Positions 27,865 to 37,344 of a DNA stretch of 60,211 nucleotides are shown one piece after another (the stretch's first letter is position 1; each line of letters begins with the position of its first letter). Under the pieces are notes generated by a model that saw only the letters and a list, made by a program, of their open reading frames with translations, was not told the DNA's origin and searched no databases. This DNA comes from Marine Group I thaumarchaeote (GTDB lineage Archaea > Thermoproteota > Nitrososphaeria > Nitrososphaerales > Nitrosopumilaceae). The translations under genes were made by a program, and so were the position numbers. The stretch covers positions 416,073 to 476,283 of the forward strand of contig CP054849.1 in NCBI GenBank assembly GCA_044358425.1. Direction: 5' to 3'.

Positions 27865-29817
27865 ATGTTGAAACAAATTTCTAAATTTGACTTAGTATCT
27901 GAATATGCTCCTACTGGTGATCAACCTGAAGCCATTGATGCTTTAGTTGATGGTGTAGAAAAAAAATCTGTTCAAACCTTACTTGGTGTTACAGGAAGTG
28001 GCAAGACTTTTTCAGTTGCGAATGTCATTGCTAGAACTGGTAAAAATACACTTGTAATTTCTCATAACAAAACACTTGCTGCTCAATTATATGCTGAATT
28101 GAAACAATTCTTTCCTAAAAATAATGTTGGTTATTTTGTTTCATACTATGATTACTACCAACCTGAAAGCTATTTGCCCCAAACTGATACTTACATTGAA
28201 AAGGATACTCAAATTAATGAAAAAATTGAAAAATTACGATTAGAAGCAACTGCAATGTTGCTATCTGGAGAGCCTACAATCATTGTCTCTACTGTTTCTT
28301 GCATCTACTCTTTAGGTAATCCTCAAGAATGGAAAGATTCTTCAATTTTAGTTGGCACTGGAGATGAAATCAAAAGAACTGATTTAATTCGAAAATTAGT
28401 TGATGCTCGATATGAGAGAAATGATCTTGAAGTATCTCCTGGAAACTTTAGAGTAAAGGGGGATACTATTGATATTACTCCCGCATATTCTGAAGATATA
28501 ATTAGAATTTCCATGTTTGGCGATGAAATTGAAAAGATTACTCTGCTTGATCATGTCTCTCTAAAAGAAAAAAAGAAAATAAATCAAATGACTATTTTTC
28601 CTGCAAAACATTATTTGATTGCTAAGGATGTTACAAAAAGAGCTGTAAAATCTATCAGGGCTGAACTAAAACAACATTTACCAAAATTGAACGAACTTGA
28701 AAAGCAGCGACTTGAAATGAGAACAAATTATGATTTAGAAATGATTGAAGAATTAGGTTATTGTTCTGGTATTGAAAATTATTCAAGACATTTTGACGGA
28801 CGTAATGAAGGAGATAAAGCATATTGTCTAATGGATTTTTTTGGAGATGATTATCTTTTGGTAATTGATGAATCTCATGTAACTTTACCGCAACTACATG
28901 GAATGTACAAAGGTGATTATTCTAGAAAAGACAAGCTTGTCACATATGGTTTTAGATTGCCTAGTGCATATGATAATCGACCATTAAAATTTGAAGAATT
29001 TGAAGAATATATTCAAAATACTATTTTTGTTTCTGCTACTCCGTCTGAATATGAAAAAAAAATATCTGCAAAAATTGTTGAACAATTAGTTAGACCTACA
29101 GGATTGCTTGACCCACAAATTGAGATTAGGCCAACTAAAGACCAAATGGATAATTTGATTTCTGAAATTAATGAAAGAACTAAAAATTCTGAACGAGTTT
29201 TAGTTACTACCTTAACTAAAAGAATGGCTGAGGATTTAGCTGAATATCTATCAAAAAAAGATGTTAAAGTTCGATATATGCATTCAGAAATTGATGGATT
29301 ACAAAGAACTGAAATTATTCGTCAATTGCGTTTAGGAGAATTTGACGTTTTAGTGGGAATTAATCTTCTACGTGAGGGCTTGGATATTCCTGAAGTTTCA
29401 CTTGTTGCAATTCTTGATGCTGATAAAGAAGGCTTTTTACGGAATTTTACTAGTTTGATACAAACTTGTGGTAGAGCTGCAAGAAATGCAACTGGTACTG
29501 TGATAATGTATGCTGACACAAATACTAAATCCATGAAAAATACAATTGATGAAACTTCTCGTCGTAGGCAAAAACAAATTTTATACAATGAAGAACATGG
29601 AATAGTCCCAAAAACAATTATGAAATCTGTTCCTGAACAAGAAATTGTGTTAGATGAATCAAAACTAAAATCCATACATGATCTTAGAAATGATGTAATT
29701 GACTTAGATGCTCAAATGAAAAAATATTCTGAAGAGTTAGACTTTGAACAAGCAATTTCTTGTCGTGATAGAATTAAAAGATTAGAAAAGGAGATTGAAT
29801 ACAGAAATGATAGATAA
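27865..29817 (+). CDS. uvrB: Excinuclease ABC subunit B
   Basis: GDQPEAI, GVTGSGKT, YYDYYQPE, DESH, GINLLREGLD, C-terminal UVR domain. Confidence 0.97.
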   Translation: MLKQISKFDLVSEYAPTGDQPEAIDALVDGVEKKSVQTLLGVTGSGKTFSVANVIARTGKNTLVISHNKTLAAQLYAELKQFFPKNNVGYFVSYYDYYQPESYLPQTDTYIEKDTQINEKIEKLRLEATAMLLSGEPTIIVSTVSCIYSLGNPQEWKDSSILVGTGDEIKRTDLIRKLVDARYERNDLEVSPGNFRVKGDTIDITPAYSEDIIRISMFGDEIEKITLLDHVSLKEKKKINQMTIFPAKHYLIAKDVTKRAVKSIRAELKQHLPKLNELEKQRLEMRTNYDLEMIEELGYCSGIENYSRHFDGRNEGDKAYCLMDFFGDDYLLVIDESHVTLPQLHGMYKGDYSRKDKLVTYGFRLPSAYDNRPLKFEEFEEYIQNTIFVSATPSEYEKKISAKIVEQLVRPTGLLDPQIEIRPTKDQMDNLISEINERTKNSERVLVTTLTKRMAEDLAEYLSKKDVKVRYMHSEIDGLQRTEIIRQLRLGEFDVLVGINLLREGLDIPEVSLVAILDADKEGFLRNFTSLIQTCGRAARNATGTVIMYADTNTKSMKNTIDETSRRRQKQILYNEEHGIVPKTIMKSVPEQEIVLDESKLKSIHDLRNDVIDLDAQMKKYSEELDFEQAISCRDRIKRLEKEIEYRNDR

Positions 29818-32626
29818 TAAATTAAAAATTAGAGGAGCTCGTCATCATAATTTAAAAAATATTGATGTAGATATTCCTAAAAATCAATTGGTAGTAATTA
29901 GTGGTTTATCTGGATCAGGAAAATCCACTTTGGCATTTGATACCATTTATGCTGAAGGACAACGAAGATATGTTGAATCACTTTCCTCTTATGCTCGTCA
30001 ATTTTTGGAAATGATGGATAAACCTGATGTTGATTCAATTGAAGGATTGTCTCCTGCAATTGCAATTCAACAAAAAACTACTAGTAAAAATCCACGTTCA
30101 ACTGTTGGCACTACTACTGAAATTTATGATTATATGCGTCTACTTTTTGCTAGAATTGGAATCCCTCATTGTACAAATTGTAATAGAAAAATTTCTACAC
30201 AATCTGTTGAACGAATTTGTGATTCTGTACTCAAAGATTTTTTGGGACAAAAAATATTGATTTTATCTCCTCTTATCCAAAGAAAAAAAGGTACCTATGA
30301 GAAACTCTTTGAACAAATCAAAAAAGATGGATATTCTAGAATACGACTAAACGGCGAAATTTTGAGCCTAGATGATGGTATACCTCCATTAGATCGCCAA
30401 AAATGGCATAATATTGAAATTGTTGTAGATAGAATTTCAACAAGTAAATCTGAAAGATCTAGAATTTTTGAGGCTATTCAAACTGCAATTAAAGCTTCAA
30501 AAGGTGATGTAATGATTTCATCAGATAAATCTGAAAAAATCTTTTCTCAAAATAATGCTTGTCCGCATTGTGGATTAACAATTGGTGATCTTGAACCTAG
30601 AAATTTTTCATTTAACTCTCCATTTGGATTATGTAAAACATGCAATGGTTTGGGAGTTAAAATGGAATTTGATGCTGATTTAGTGATTCCTGATAAATCT
30701 AAATCCATTTTAGATGGTGCAATTGTTCCTTGGAGTGGAAGATTTTCTGCATTCCGGAGACAAGCATTAAGAACAGTTGGTCAAAAATTTGGATTTGATC
30801 TTATGACTCCAATTGAAAAAATAAAACCAAAACATCTACAAATTATTTTAAATGGAACATCTGATTTAATTGATTTTCAATATAATTCAAAATCTGGAGA
30901 TTCTTCATGGAAGTACACTAATGCATTTGAAGGTGTACTGGTAAATCTTCAACGAGTTTTTCTAGAAACTGATTCTGAATCAAAACGTGAATGGCTTAAG
31001 CAGTTTATGCGTGATACTCATTGTACTGCATGTAATGGTAAAAAACTAAAACCAGAATCTCTTGCAGTTACAATAAATGATTTAGGAATAATGGATGTGT
31101 GTGATTTATCTATCACTAATTGTTTTGATTTCTTTTCTAATCTGAAATTGACTGATACAGAACAGCATATTGGAAGAGATATTCTTAAAGAAATTAAAGA
31201 ACGCTTAGAATTTTTAATTAATGTTGGATTAAATTATCTCACTTTAAATCGTCTTAGTTCCACATTGTCTGGTGGAGAATCTCAGAGAATTAGATTGGCT
31301 ACTCAAATTGGTTCTAATCTCACGGGTGTTTTGTATGTGCTTGATGAACCTACAATTGGATTGCATCAACGTGATAATGCTAGACTAATTAAAACGCTAA
31401 ATAAGCTACGAAATCTTGGTAATACAATCATTGTTGTAGAGCATGACGAAGAAGTAATACGAAATTCAGATTGGATTATTGATTTAGGTCCTGGTGCCGG
31501 GGTACATGGCGGTAATATTGTTTTTGAAGGGACAATTAAAAAGATCTTACAGTCAAGCACATCTGTAACTGGAACTTATCTTAAAGATGATTCTTTAATT
31601 CTTTTAGAAAATAAAATTCGTAAACCTGAGGGTTCCTTAATTATTAAAAATGCATCTGAAAATAATTTGAAGAATCTTGATGTTGAAATTCCTTTGGGAC
31701 TCTTTGTATCTGTAACTGGGGTTTCTGGATCTGGAAAATCTACGCTGATAAATGATATTTTACTTAAAAGTTTAGAAAATCATTTTTCTAAAACACATAT
31801 CAGTTCTGGTGCTCATAAAGAAATTTCTGGTATAGATAATATTGATAAAGTAATTGCTATTGATCAATCCCCCATAGGTAGAACCCCTCGTTCAAATCCT
31901 GCAACATACATTGGTGCTTTTACTCCTATCCGAGAATTGTACTCTAATACTGCATTATCAAAAGAACGTGGATATGCTCCAGGACAATTTTCTTTTAATG
32001 TTGCTGACGGAAGATGTTTTGCATGTGAGGGAGATGGTGTTAAGCAAATTGAAATGCAGTTCCTATCTGATGTCTATGTAAAATGTGATGAATGTAAAGG
32101 AAAACGATATAATTCTGAAACATTATCCGTATTGTATAAAGGAAAGAATATTTCTGACGTTCTAGAAATGACCGTTTATGAGGCATTAAATTTCTTTGAA
32201 AATGTTCCATCTATTCAAAGAAAATTACAAACTGTTAATGATGTTGGTTTGGGATATATCAAACTTGGACAATCTTCTACCACTTTATCTGGTGGTGAGG
32301 CTCAAAGAGTTAAACTAGCTTCAGAATTATCAAAACGTGGTACTGGCAAAACTCTTTACATTTTAGATGAGCCTACAACTGGTTTACATTTTGCAGACGT
32401 TCAAAAATTACTAGATGTTTTAAACAGATTAGTTAATTTGGGAAATACTGTAGTGGTAATTGAACATAATATGGACATCATTAAAAATTCAGATTGGTTA
32501 ATTGATCTAGGTCCTGAAGGTGGAGATGAAGGCGGTAGAATTGTAACTTCTGGTACTCCTCTTGATGTTTCTAAATCTCCTGGTAGTTACACTGGAAAAT
32601 ATTTGAAAAAATTAATGAAAAAATGA
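29807..32626 (+). CDS. uvrA: Excinuclease ABC subunit A
   Basis: Two ABC domains (GLSGSGKS, GVSGSGKS, two LSGGE) and zinc fingers; ATG at 29807 preferred. Confidence 0.97.
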   Translation: MIDNKLKIRGARHHNLKNIDVDIPKNQLVVISGLSGSGKSTLAFDTIYAEGQRRYVESLSSYARQFLEMMDKPDVDSIEGLSPAIAIQQKTTSKNPRSTVGTTTEIYDYMRLLFARIGIPHCTNCNRKISTQSVERICDSVLKDFLGQKILILSPLIQRKKGTYEKLFEQIKKDGYSRIRLNGEILSLDDGIPPLDRQKWHNIEIVVDRISTSKSERSRIFEAIQTAIKASKGDVMISSDKSEKIFSQNNACPHCGLTIGDLEPRNFSFNSPFGLCKTCNGLGVKMEFDADLVIPDKSKSILDGAIVPWSGRFSAFRRQALRTVGQKFGFDLMTPIEKIKPKHLQIILNGTSDLIDFQYNSKSGDSSWKYTNAFEGVLVNLQRVFLETDSESKREWLKQFMRDTHCTACNGKKLKPESLAVTINDLGIMDVCDLSITNCFDFFSNLKLTDTEQHIGRDILKEIKERLEFLINVGLNYLTLNRLSSTLSGGESQRIRLATQIGSNLTGVLYVLDEPTIGLHQRDNARLIKTLNKLRNLGNTIIVVEHDEEVIRNSDWIIDLGPGAGVHGGNIVFEGTIKKILQSSTSVTGTYLKDDSLILLENKIRKPEGSLIIKNASENNLKNLDVEIPLGLFVSVTGVSGSGKSTLINDILLKSLENHFSKTHISSGAHKEISGIDNIDKVIAIDQSPIGRTPRSNPATYIGAFTPIRELYSNTALSKERGYAPGQFSFNVADGRCFACEGDGVKQIEMQFLSDVYVKCDECKGKRYNSETLSVLYKGKNISDVLEMTVYEALNFFENVPSIQRKLQTVNDVGLGYIKLGQSSTTLSGGEAQRVKLASELSKRGTGKTLYILDEPTTGLHFADVQKLLDVLNRLVNLGNTVVVIEHNMDIIKNSDWLIDLGPEGGDEGGRIVTSGTPLDVSKSPGSYTGKYLKKLMKK

Positions 32627-34209
32627 CTTTTGATATTTCTAAAATTACCATTCCAACTAATCCTGGTATTTATTTGATGAAAGATTCTGATGAAAAAATC
32701 ATTTACATTGGAAAAGCAAAAAATCTCAAAAATCGTGTACGTTCTTATTTTAATAAAAATCAAAATTATAAAACTCAAAAATTAGTTGAAAATATTTTTG
32801 ATATTGAATTTGTTTTAACTGATAATGAAAGTGAGGCTTTTCTTTTAGAATCAAATATGATTAAGAAATATCGTCCACGATTTAATATTGAATTAAAGGA
32901 TCAGCAACGCTATACATACTTGAGAGTTTCTGATGAAAAATATCCTAGATTATTAGTTGCTAGAAGAACTAGGGATGGTAAATTTTTAGGCAAGGGAAAA
33001 TTTTATGGTCCTTTTACTCAAGGTAGCTCTAAGTTACTTACCATTGGTACTTTGAGAAAAGCATTTCAAATTCGAATTTGCAAAACTTTACCAAAAAAAG
33101 TTTGTTTGGAATATCATTTAGGTAATTGTGAAGGCCCATGTGAATTTAAAGATGCTCAAGAAAAATATCCTGATCATGTTAAAAAATTAGAGGATGTGTT
33201 GAAAGGTAAAAACGATACAAAAATTTTTACAAAAAAATTAGAAGATGAAATGCATCAAGCTGCAGAATCCCAACAATTTGAGCGTGCAAAGGATATTCGT
33301 GATACTTTGATCAGGCTTGGAAGTCTTCAAACAAAACAAAAAATGGAATATGTTGAAAATTCTGATGAAGAGTATTTTGGAATTGGAATTCAAGAGCAAA
33401 CTGCCACAATAATGAATTTTAGAATGATCAATGGGGTGATTCGAGATAGTGACAAGTTCTTTTTTGATTTGGTTGGTGATAATTCCTTTTCAAATTTTCT
33501 TTATCAGTATTATTCAACGCATAAAATTCCTAAATTCATTATCGTTAGTGAAATTCCCGAAAATCAAAAATTACTTGAATCTTTACTATCTGAACAATCA
33601 GGATTTAATGTAAAAATTATGACTCCTACACGTGGTAAAAAAAACGATATAATGAATTTAATATTAAAAAATATTCAACTAATTCATTCTAAAGGTGCCA
33701 ATCCTGCACTGGTTGAATTACAAGAATTCTTGAATTTACCTGTACTGCCAAATAACATTGAATGTTTTGATATTTCTAACCATGGTGCTGAATTTGCAGT
33801 TGGATCTATGTCTAGTTTTATTGATGGCACTCCAAACAAATCTGGGTATAGAAAATTTAAAATTAAAACTATTCAAGGTAGAGATGATTTTGCTATGATT
33901 GGTGAAGTCATTAAAAGAAGATATTATCGCTTGTTAGAAGAAAATTCTGATTTACCTGATTTGATTTTAATTGATGGTGGAAAGGGACAACTGAATGCTG
34001 CATTGAAATCTTTAGAATCTCTTGGATTGAAATTACCTTGTGTTTCTTTAGCAAAAGAAAATGAAGAAGTCTATCTTCCAAAAATTAGCAAACCTGTTAT
34101 AATCCCCAAAAATAAAAAGTCATTACAAATTTTACAACATGCTCGGGATGAAACTCATAGATTTGGTGTGGCGTATAATAGAACTATTAGGAAAAATAAA
34201 ATAAAATAG
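32623..34209 (+). CDS. uvrC: Excinuclease ABC subunit C (no C-terminal HhH domain)
   Basis: GIY..YIGKAKNL GIY-YIG domain, UVR domain, RNase H-like ECFDIS..DGGKGQ..RDETHRF. Confidence 0.95.
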   Translation: MTFDISKITIPTNPGIYLMKDSDEKIIYIGKAKNLKNRVRSYFNKNQNYKTQKLVENIFDIEFVLTDNESEAFLLESNMIKKYRPRFNIELKDQQRYTYLRVSDEKYPRLLVARRTRDGKFLGKGKFYGPFTQGSSKLLTIGTLRKAFQIRICKTLPKKVCLEYHLGNCEGPCEFKDAQEKYPDHVKKLEDVLKGKNDTKIFTKKLEDEMHQAAESQQFERAKDIRDTLIRLGSLQTKQKMEYVENSDEEYFGIGIQEQTATIMNFRMINGVIRDSDKFFFDLVGDNSFSNFLYQYYSTHKIPKFIIVSEIPENQKLLESLLSEQSGFNVKIMTPTRGKKNDIMNLILKNIQLIHSKGANPALVELQEFLNLPVLPNNIECFDISNHGAEFAVGSMSSFIDGTPNKSGYRKFKIKTIQGRDDFAMIGEVIKRRYYRLLEENSDLPDLILIDGGKGQLNAALKSLESLGLKLPCVSLAKENEEVYLPKISKPVIIPKNKKSLQILQHARDETHRFGVAYNRTIRKNKIK

Positions 34210-34228
34210 AAAAAAGGAAAATTTTTGG

Positions 34229-34864
34229 TTAGTTAACTGTAACACTACCAATCATCCAAGGATGAACCATACAGAAGTAATCGTAGTAACCTGCATCATC
34301 AAATGTATGTGAGAATACACCTTTTGCCATAAGTAGACTGCTGTCAAATACTCCAGATGGACCATTTGCTGGGCTACCACCTGTTACAGTATGTGCTGCA
34401 TTGTCTACATTATCCCAAGTTACTGTGTCTCCAGCATTAATGGTGATGTCTTGTGGTAAGTAACATGCATTAGATGTTTCACATCCTGGTGCACCACTTC
34501 CCATTGCAGTTTCAACGATATGTGTTTCTGGACCTGCTGCTGCGGCTGCTGCTGCGGCTGCTGCTTTTTCTGCTGCTGCGGCTGCTGCTGCTTTAGCTGC
34601 TGCTGCTTCAGCTCTTTCTGCTGCTGCTGCATCTGCTGCTGCGGCTCTTTCTGCTGCTTTAGCTGCTGCCTCTTCTGCTGCTGCTGCTTTAGCTGCTGCT
34701 GCTTCTGCGGCTTTTTCAGCTGCATCTGTATTTGTTGCAGAACTCATTTGTTGAGTAGGTGCTGCTGGTGAGTTATCCATTGATCCTCCCATTGCTGCAA
34801 TTCCGACACCAACTAATGTGATTGCAATTGAAAATACAATTGCTGCTTTGTCTATGCTTGCCAT
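34229..34864 (-). CDS. Membrane-anchored blue (type 1) copper protein, plastocyanin/azurin family, with an Ala-rich stalk
   Basis: N-terminal TM helix; cupredoxin ligands HTVT and YFCMVHPWM; GCETSNAC disulfide-type motif. Confidence 0.92.
   Translation of the reverse strand: MASIDKAAIVFSIAITLVGVGIAAMGGSMDNSPAAPTQQMSSATNTDAAEKAAEAAAAKAAAAEEAAAKAAERAAAADAAAAERAEAAAAKAAAAAAAEKAAAAAAAAAAGPETHIVETAMGSGAPGCETSNACYLPQDITINAGDTVTWDNVDNAAHTVTGGSPANGPSGVFDSSLLMAKGVFSHTFDDAGYYDYFCMVHPWMIGSVTVN
34535..34723 (-). repeat. Low-complexity GCA/GCT codon tract encoding a 63-aa Ala/Glu/Lys linker
   Basis: 47 of 63 residues are Ala, in EAAAK-like units. Confidence 0.9.
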
Positions 34865-35111
34865 AATTGATCCATGTCTAGGTGTATAGTAAATAAATCT
34901 AATCTTTATTTTCTAACTAATACTAAAAAATGTCGTAAAATCTGTTTCTTAATTTCTAATTTCTGAAAATTGTTGAAAATATTTCATAATTTATTATAAT
35001 CTATTGAAAATTCTATATGATCGCTCTAATTATTGTCTGAGTGTTGTTAATGTTGTTCAACAATTATTTGTTTTATTGCTTATCTCCTAAATCAATAATG
35101 TAATTACAATT

Positions 35112-35156
35112 AAGAGATCTCACCGAGTAACTCTCCGTTTTCGGTCTTAATCTCTT
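35112..35156. terminator. Intergenic stem-loop (possible terminator or small RNA)
   Basis: AAGAGAT/ATCTCTT outer stem and ACCGA/TCGGT inner stem immediately after the stop of 35157..35540. Confidence 0.3.
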
Positions 35157-35540
35157 TTATTTTAAAAATTTATTCGATAAATTATTTTTCGTATTGATTT
35201 TTTCAAAATATACTCTTAATTTTCTCTGTTTAATGAAACTTTGAATGAATTTTATTTTATTTTCAATAAATTCATCATTACTTTTTGTTTTTGAATTTAA
35301 TTGATCAAACATAATTTCTTCGTCTAATTTGATTTTTACATTGTCTTCATTTTTTATCTTAAACGTGCCAATTCCCCAAAATAATGCAATATGTAATGCC
35401 ACATATTTTGATTGAATTTTAGTAATTTTGTCCTTGTATTTTTCAACATGCACTCTACTTTGAGTGACTTCTTGACTTTCAGTAAGGATTACCCATGAAA
35501 TTTTCTTCAAATTACCATCAAAATATAAAATATGTTCCAA
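35157..35540 (-). CDS. RNase H-like fold protein (probably degenerate)
   Basis: ILYFDG N-terminus, KYVALHIAL, V.IKLD...M..QL, F..I..KNNLS resemble RNase HI; the catalytic set looks incomplete. Confidence 0.55.
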   Translation of the reverse strand: MEHILYFDGNLKKISWVILTESQEVTQSRVHVEKYKDKITKIQSKYVALHIALFWGIGTFKIKNEDNVKIKLDEEIMFDQLNSKTKSNDEFIENKIKFIQSFIKQRKLRVYFEKINTKNNLSNKFLK

Positions 35541-35616
35541 TTGTCAATCAAAAAATGGTTTTTTGTCTATATATTTAGAATAGTTCCTTTATGATCATAG
35601 TTCGAAAGTTGAACAT

Positions 35617-35823
35617 ATGATCGAATCACAGGCATTCTTTTCAAAAATGGTTGATGAGTTAGTGGAATTCTCTGAATTTGATCCAGAATTATCTGACGGA
35701 ATTAAATGGCTAGATGATCAGGCTCAGAAAAAAGGTATCACGTTTTATGATATGGTTTTTGAAGTTTTGTACAAACATGATGTAAATTCAAAAGCAAAAG
35801 AATGGCTTGATACAAGAAATTAA
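35617..35823 (+). CDS. Conserved small hypothetical protein
   Basis: 68-aa ORF, convergent with citrate synthase. Confidence 0.65.
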   Translation: MIESQAFFSKMVDELVEFSEFDPELSDGIKWLDDQAQKKGITFYDMVFEVLYKHDVNSKAKEWLDTRN

Positions 35824-35825
35824 AA

Positions 35826-37010
35826 TTATTTTCTTAAATCTAGTGTTTTGTATTCGCATCCTTGAGGACCACAATATTTTCCTACATACACTGCCTTAGG
35901 TCTATACAATGCTGTTTTAGGTGCTGCTTCTGCAAACTTTTCTTCAATGATGTGTGCTGCCCAACCTGCAACTCTGGAAATTGCAAATATTGGTGTATTT
36001 AGATCAACTGGAATTTTTAGCATATAGTAAATTGATGCACTGTACAAATCCACATTTGGATAGATGTCTTTACCTTTTTGGGATTTCATTTCTGAAATTG
36101 TTGCGGTTTCAATTTTTTCTGTCATGTCAAACCATTTCTCTTTACTTTTAGCTGCAAGTTTTCTTGATAGCTCTTTTAAGACTTGGGCTCGTGGGTCGTA
36201 TGTTTTGTATACTGCATGACCCATCCCCATAACTTTTTCACCTTGGGATAGTTTTTCTTTTATCCATGGCTCTACTTTATCAATATCTGAAATCTCCAAT
36301 AACATTTTCATTACTTCTGTATTTGCACCTCCATGTAATTCTCCACTTAGTGCACCAATAGCTGCACTAGATGCTGAGTACATATGTGCACGTGTTGATG
36401 CAACTTGTCTTGCAGTAAATGTTGATGCATTAAATGTATGATCAGCATGTAAAATTAAACAAACATCAAAAATCCTTTCTACTTCTGAATCTGGTTTTTC
36501 TCCTGACATCATGTATAGGAAATTTGCAGCATGACTTAGCGATGCATCTGGATCAACAATCTCTAAACCATTTCTGATTCTTTGCCAACTTGCGATAATA
36601 GTTGGAACTTTTGCAATTAAGTTGATTGCTTTTTCATAACTTGCATCTTTGTTGGCAAATTCTTCATCATAATATCCTGCAAGTGCTGAAACAAATGCTT
36701 GAAGCATATCCATAGGATCTGCATCCCCCCGCCAATTTTCCATATTTTTTTGCATTTGTTTTGGAATGTATCTAGCTTCCACTAATTTTGTATTAAATTC
36801 ATTTAATTCTTGTTTAGTTGGTAATTTGTCATATAACAGAAGATATGCTGTTTCTTCAAAAGTTGAATTTTTTGTAAGATCTAAAATATCAAATCCTCTA
36901 TAGATTAATTTTCCTTTTCCACCGTCGATATTGGATATTTTGGTATCAGCTACTTCTATGCCTCGAAGTCCAATGTTTTTTGTTTCCATAATGTGCCTAT
37001 CAAAATTCAT
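35826..37010 (-). CDS. gltA: Citrate synthase
   Basis: GLRG, LIYRG, HADHTFNAST, LHGGAN, MGMGHAVYK, YPNVD; likely start METKN at 36989. Confidence 0.95.
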   Translation of the reverse strand: MNFDRHIMETKNIGLRGIEVADTKISNIDGGKGKLIYRGFDILDLTKNSTFEETAYLLLYDKLPTKQELNEFNTKLVEARYIPKQMQKNMENWRGDADPMDMLQAFVSALAGYYDEEFANKDASYEKAINLIAKVPTIIASWQRIRNGLEIVDPDASLSHAANFLYMMSGEKPDSEVERIFDVCLILHADHTFNASTFTARQVASTRAHMYSASSAAIGALSGELHGGANTEVMKMLLEISDIDKVEPWIKEKLSQGEKVMGMGHAVYKTYDPRAQVLKELSRKLAAKSKEKWFDMTEKIETATISEMKSQKGKDIYPNVDLYSASIYYMLKIPVDLNTPIFAISRVAGWAAHIIEEKFAEAAPKTALYRPKAVYVGKYCGPQGCEYKTLDLRK

Positions 37011-37105
37011 CTATTATATTTTCTCTAAAATTGTGATAGTAAATTTAGTAATTTGTCTAATATGACAACTTTTGCTCCTAAATCAAAATTTCCAATCAAA
37101 AATTA

Positions 37106-37297
37106 ATGAATATTGAAGAGAGGAAAAATTTGCAGCATTTAGACGAATTAATTTTGAATGCTTCTGATGAAGAACTAGAAAAAATCCAAGAAATTGATTA
37201 TCAGACTCAATTAGACGGTGAATCTTTTTACCATATTTATGTAAATTCTGATTCCTTGATTCCACCTAGTATCAAAAAATCTTTTAGAAAATCTTAA
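37106..37297 (+). CDS. Small hypothetical protein
   Basis: 63-aa ORF on the expected strand. Confidence 0.55.
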   Translation: MNIEERKNLQHLDELILNASDEELEKIQEIDYQTQLDGESFYHIYVNSDSLIPPSIKKSFRKS

Positions 37298-37344
37298 TCT
37301 ATTTTTCTTCATTTAAATGAGGGTTTGTAGAATTTTACCATATA

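Noticed and set aside
34535-34723. Type I antifreeze-protein resemblance of the Ala-rich segment
   Set aside because: It has no Thr residues and no 11-residue Thr periodicity; it reads better as a Glu/Lys salt-bridged linker
34420-34771. Poly-Gln ORF (34420-34725, minus) and poly-Cys ORF (34520-34771, plus)
   Set aside because: They are alternate-frame and antisense shadows of the GCA-rich Ala linker of the cupredoxin gene
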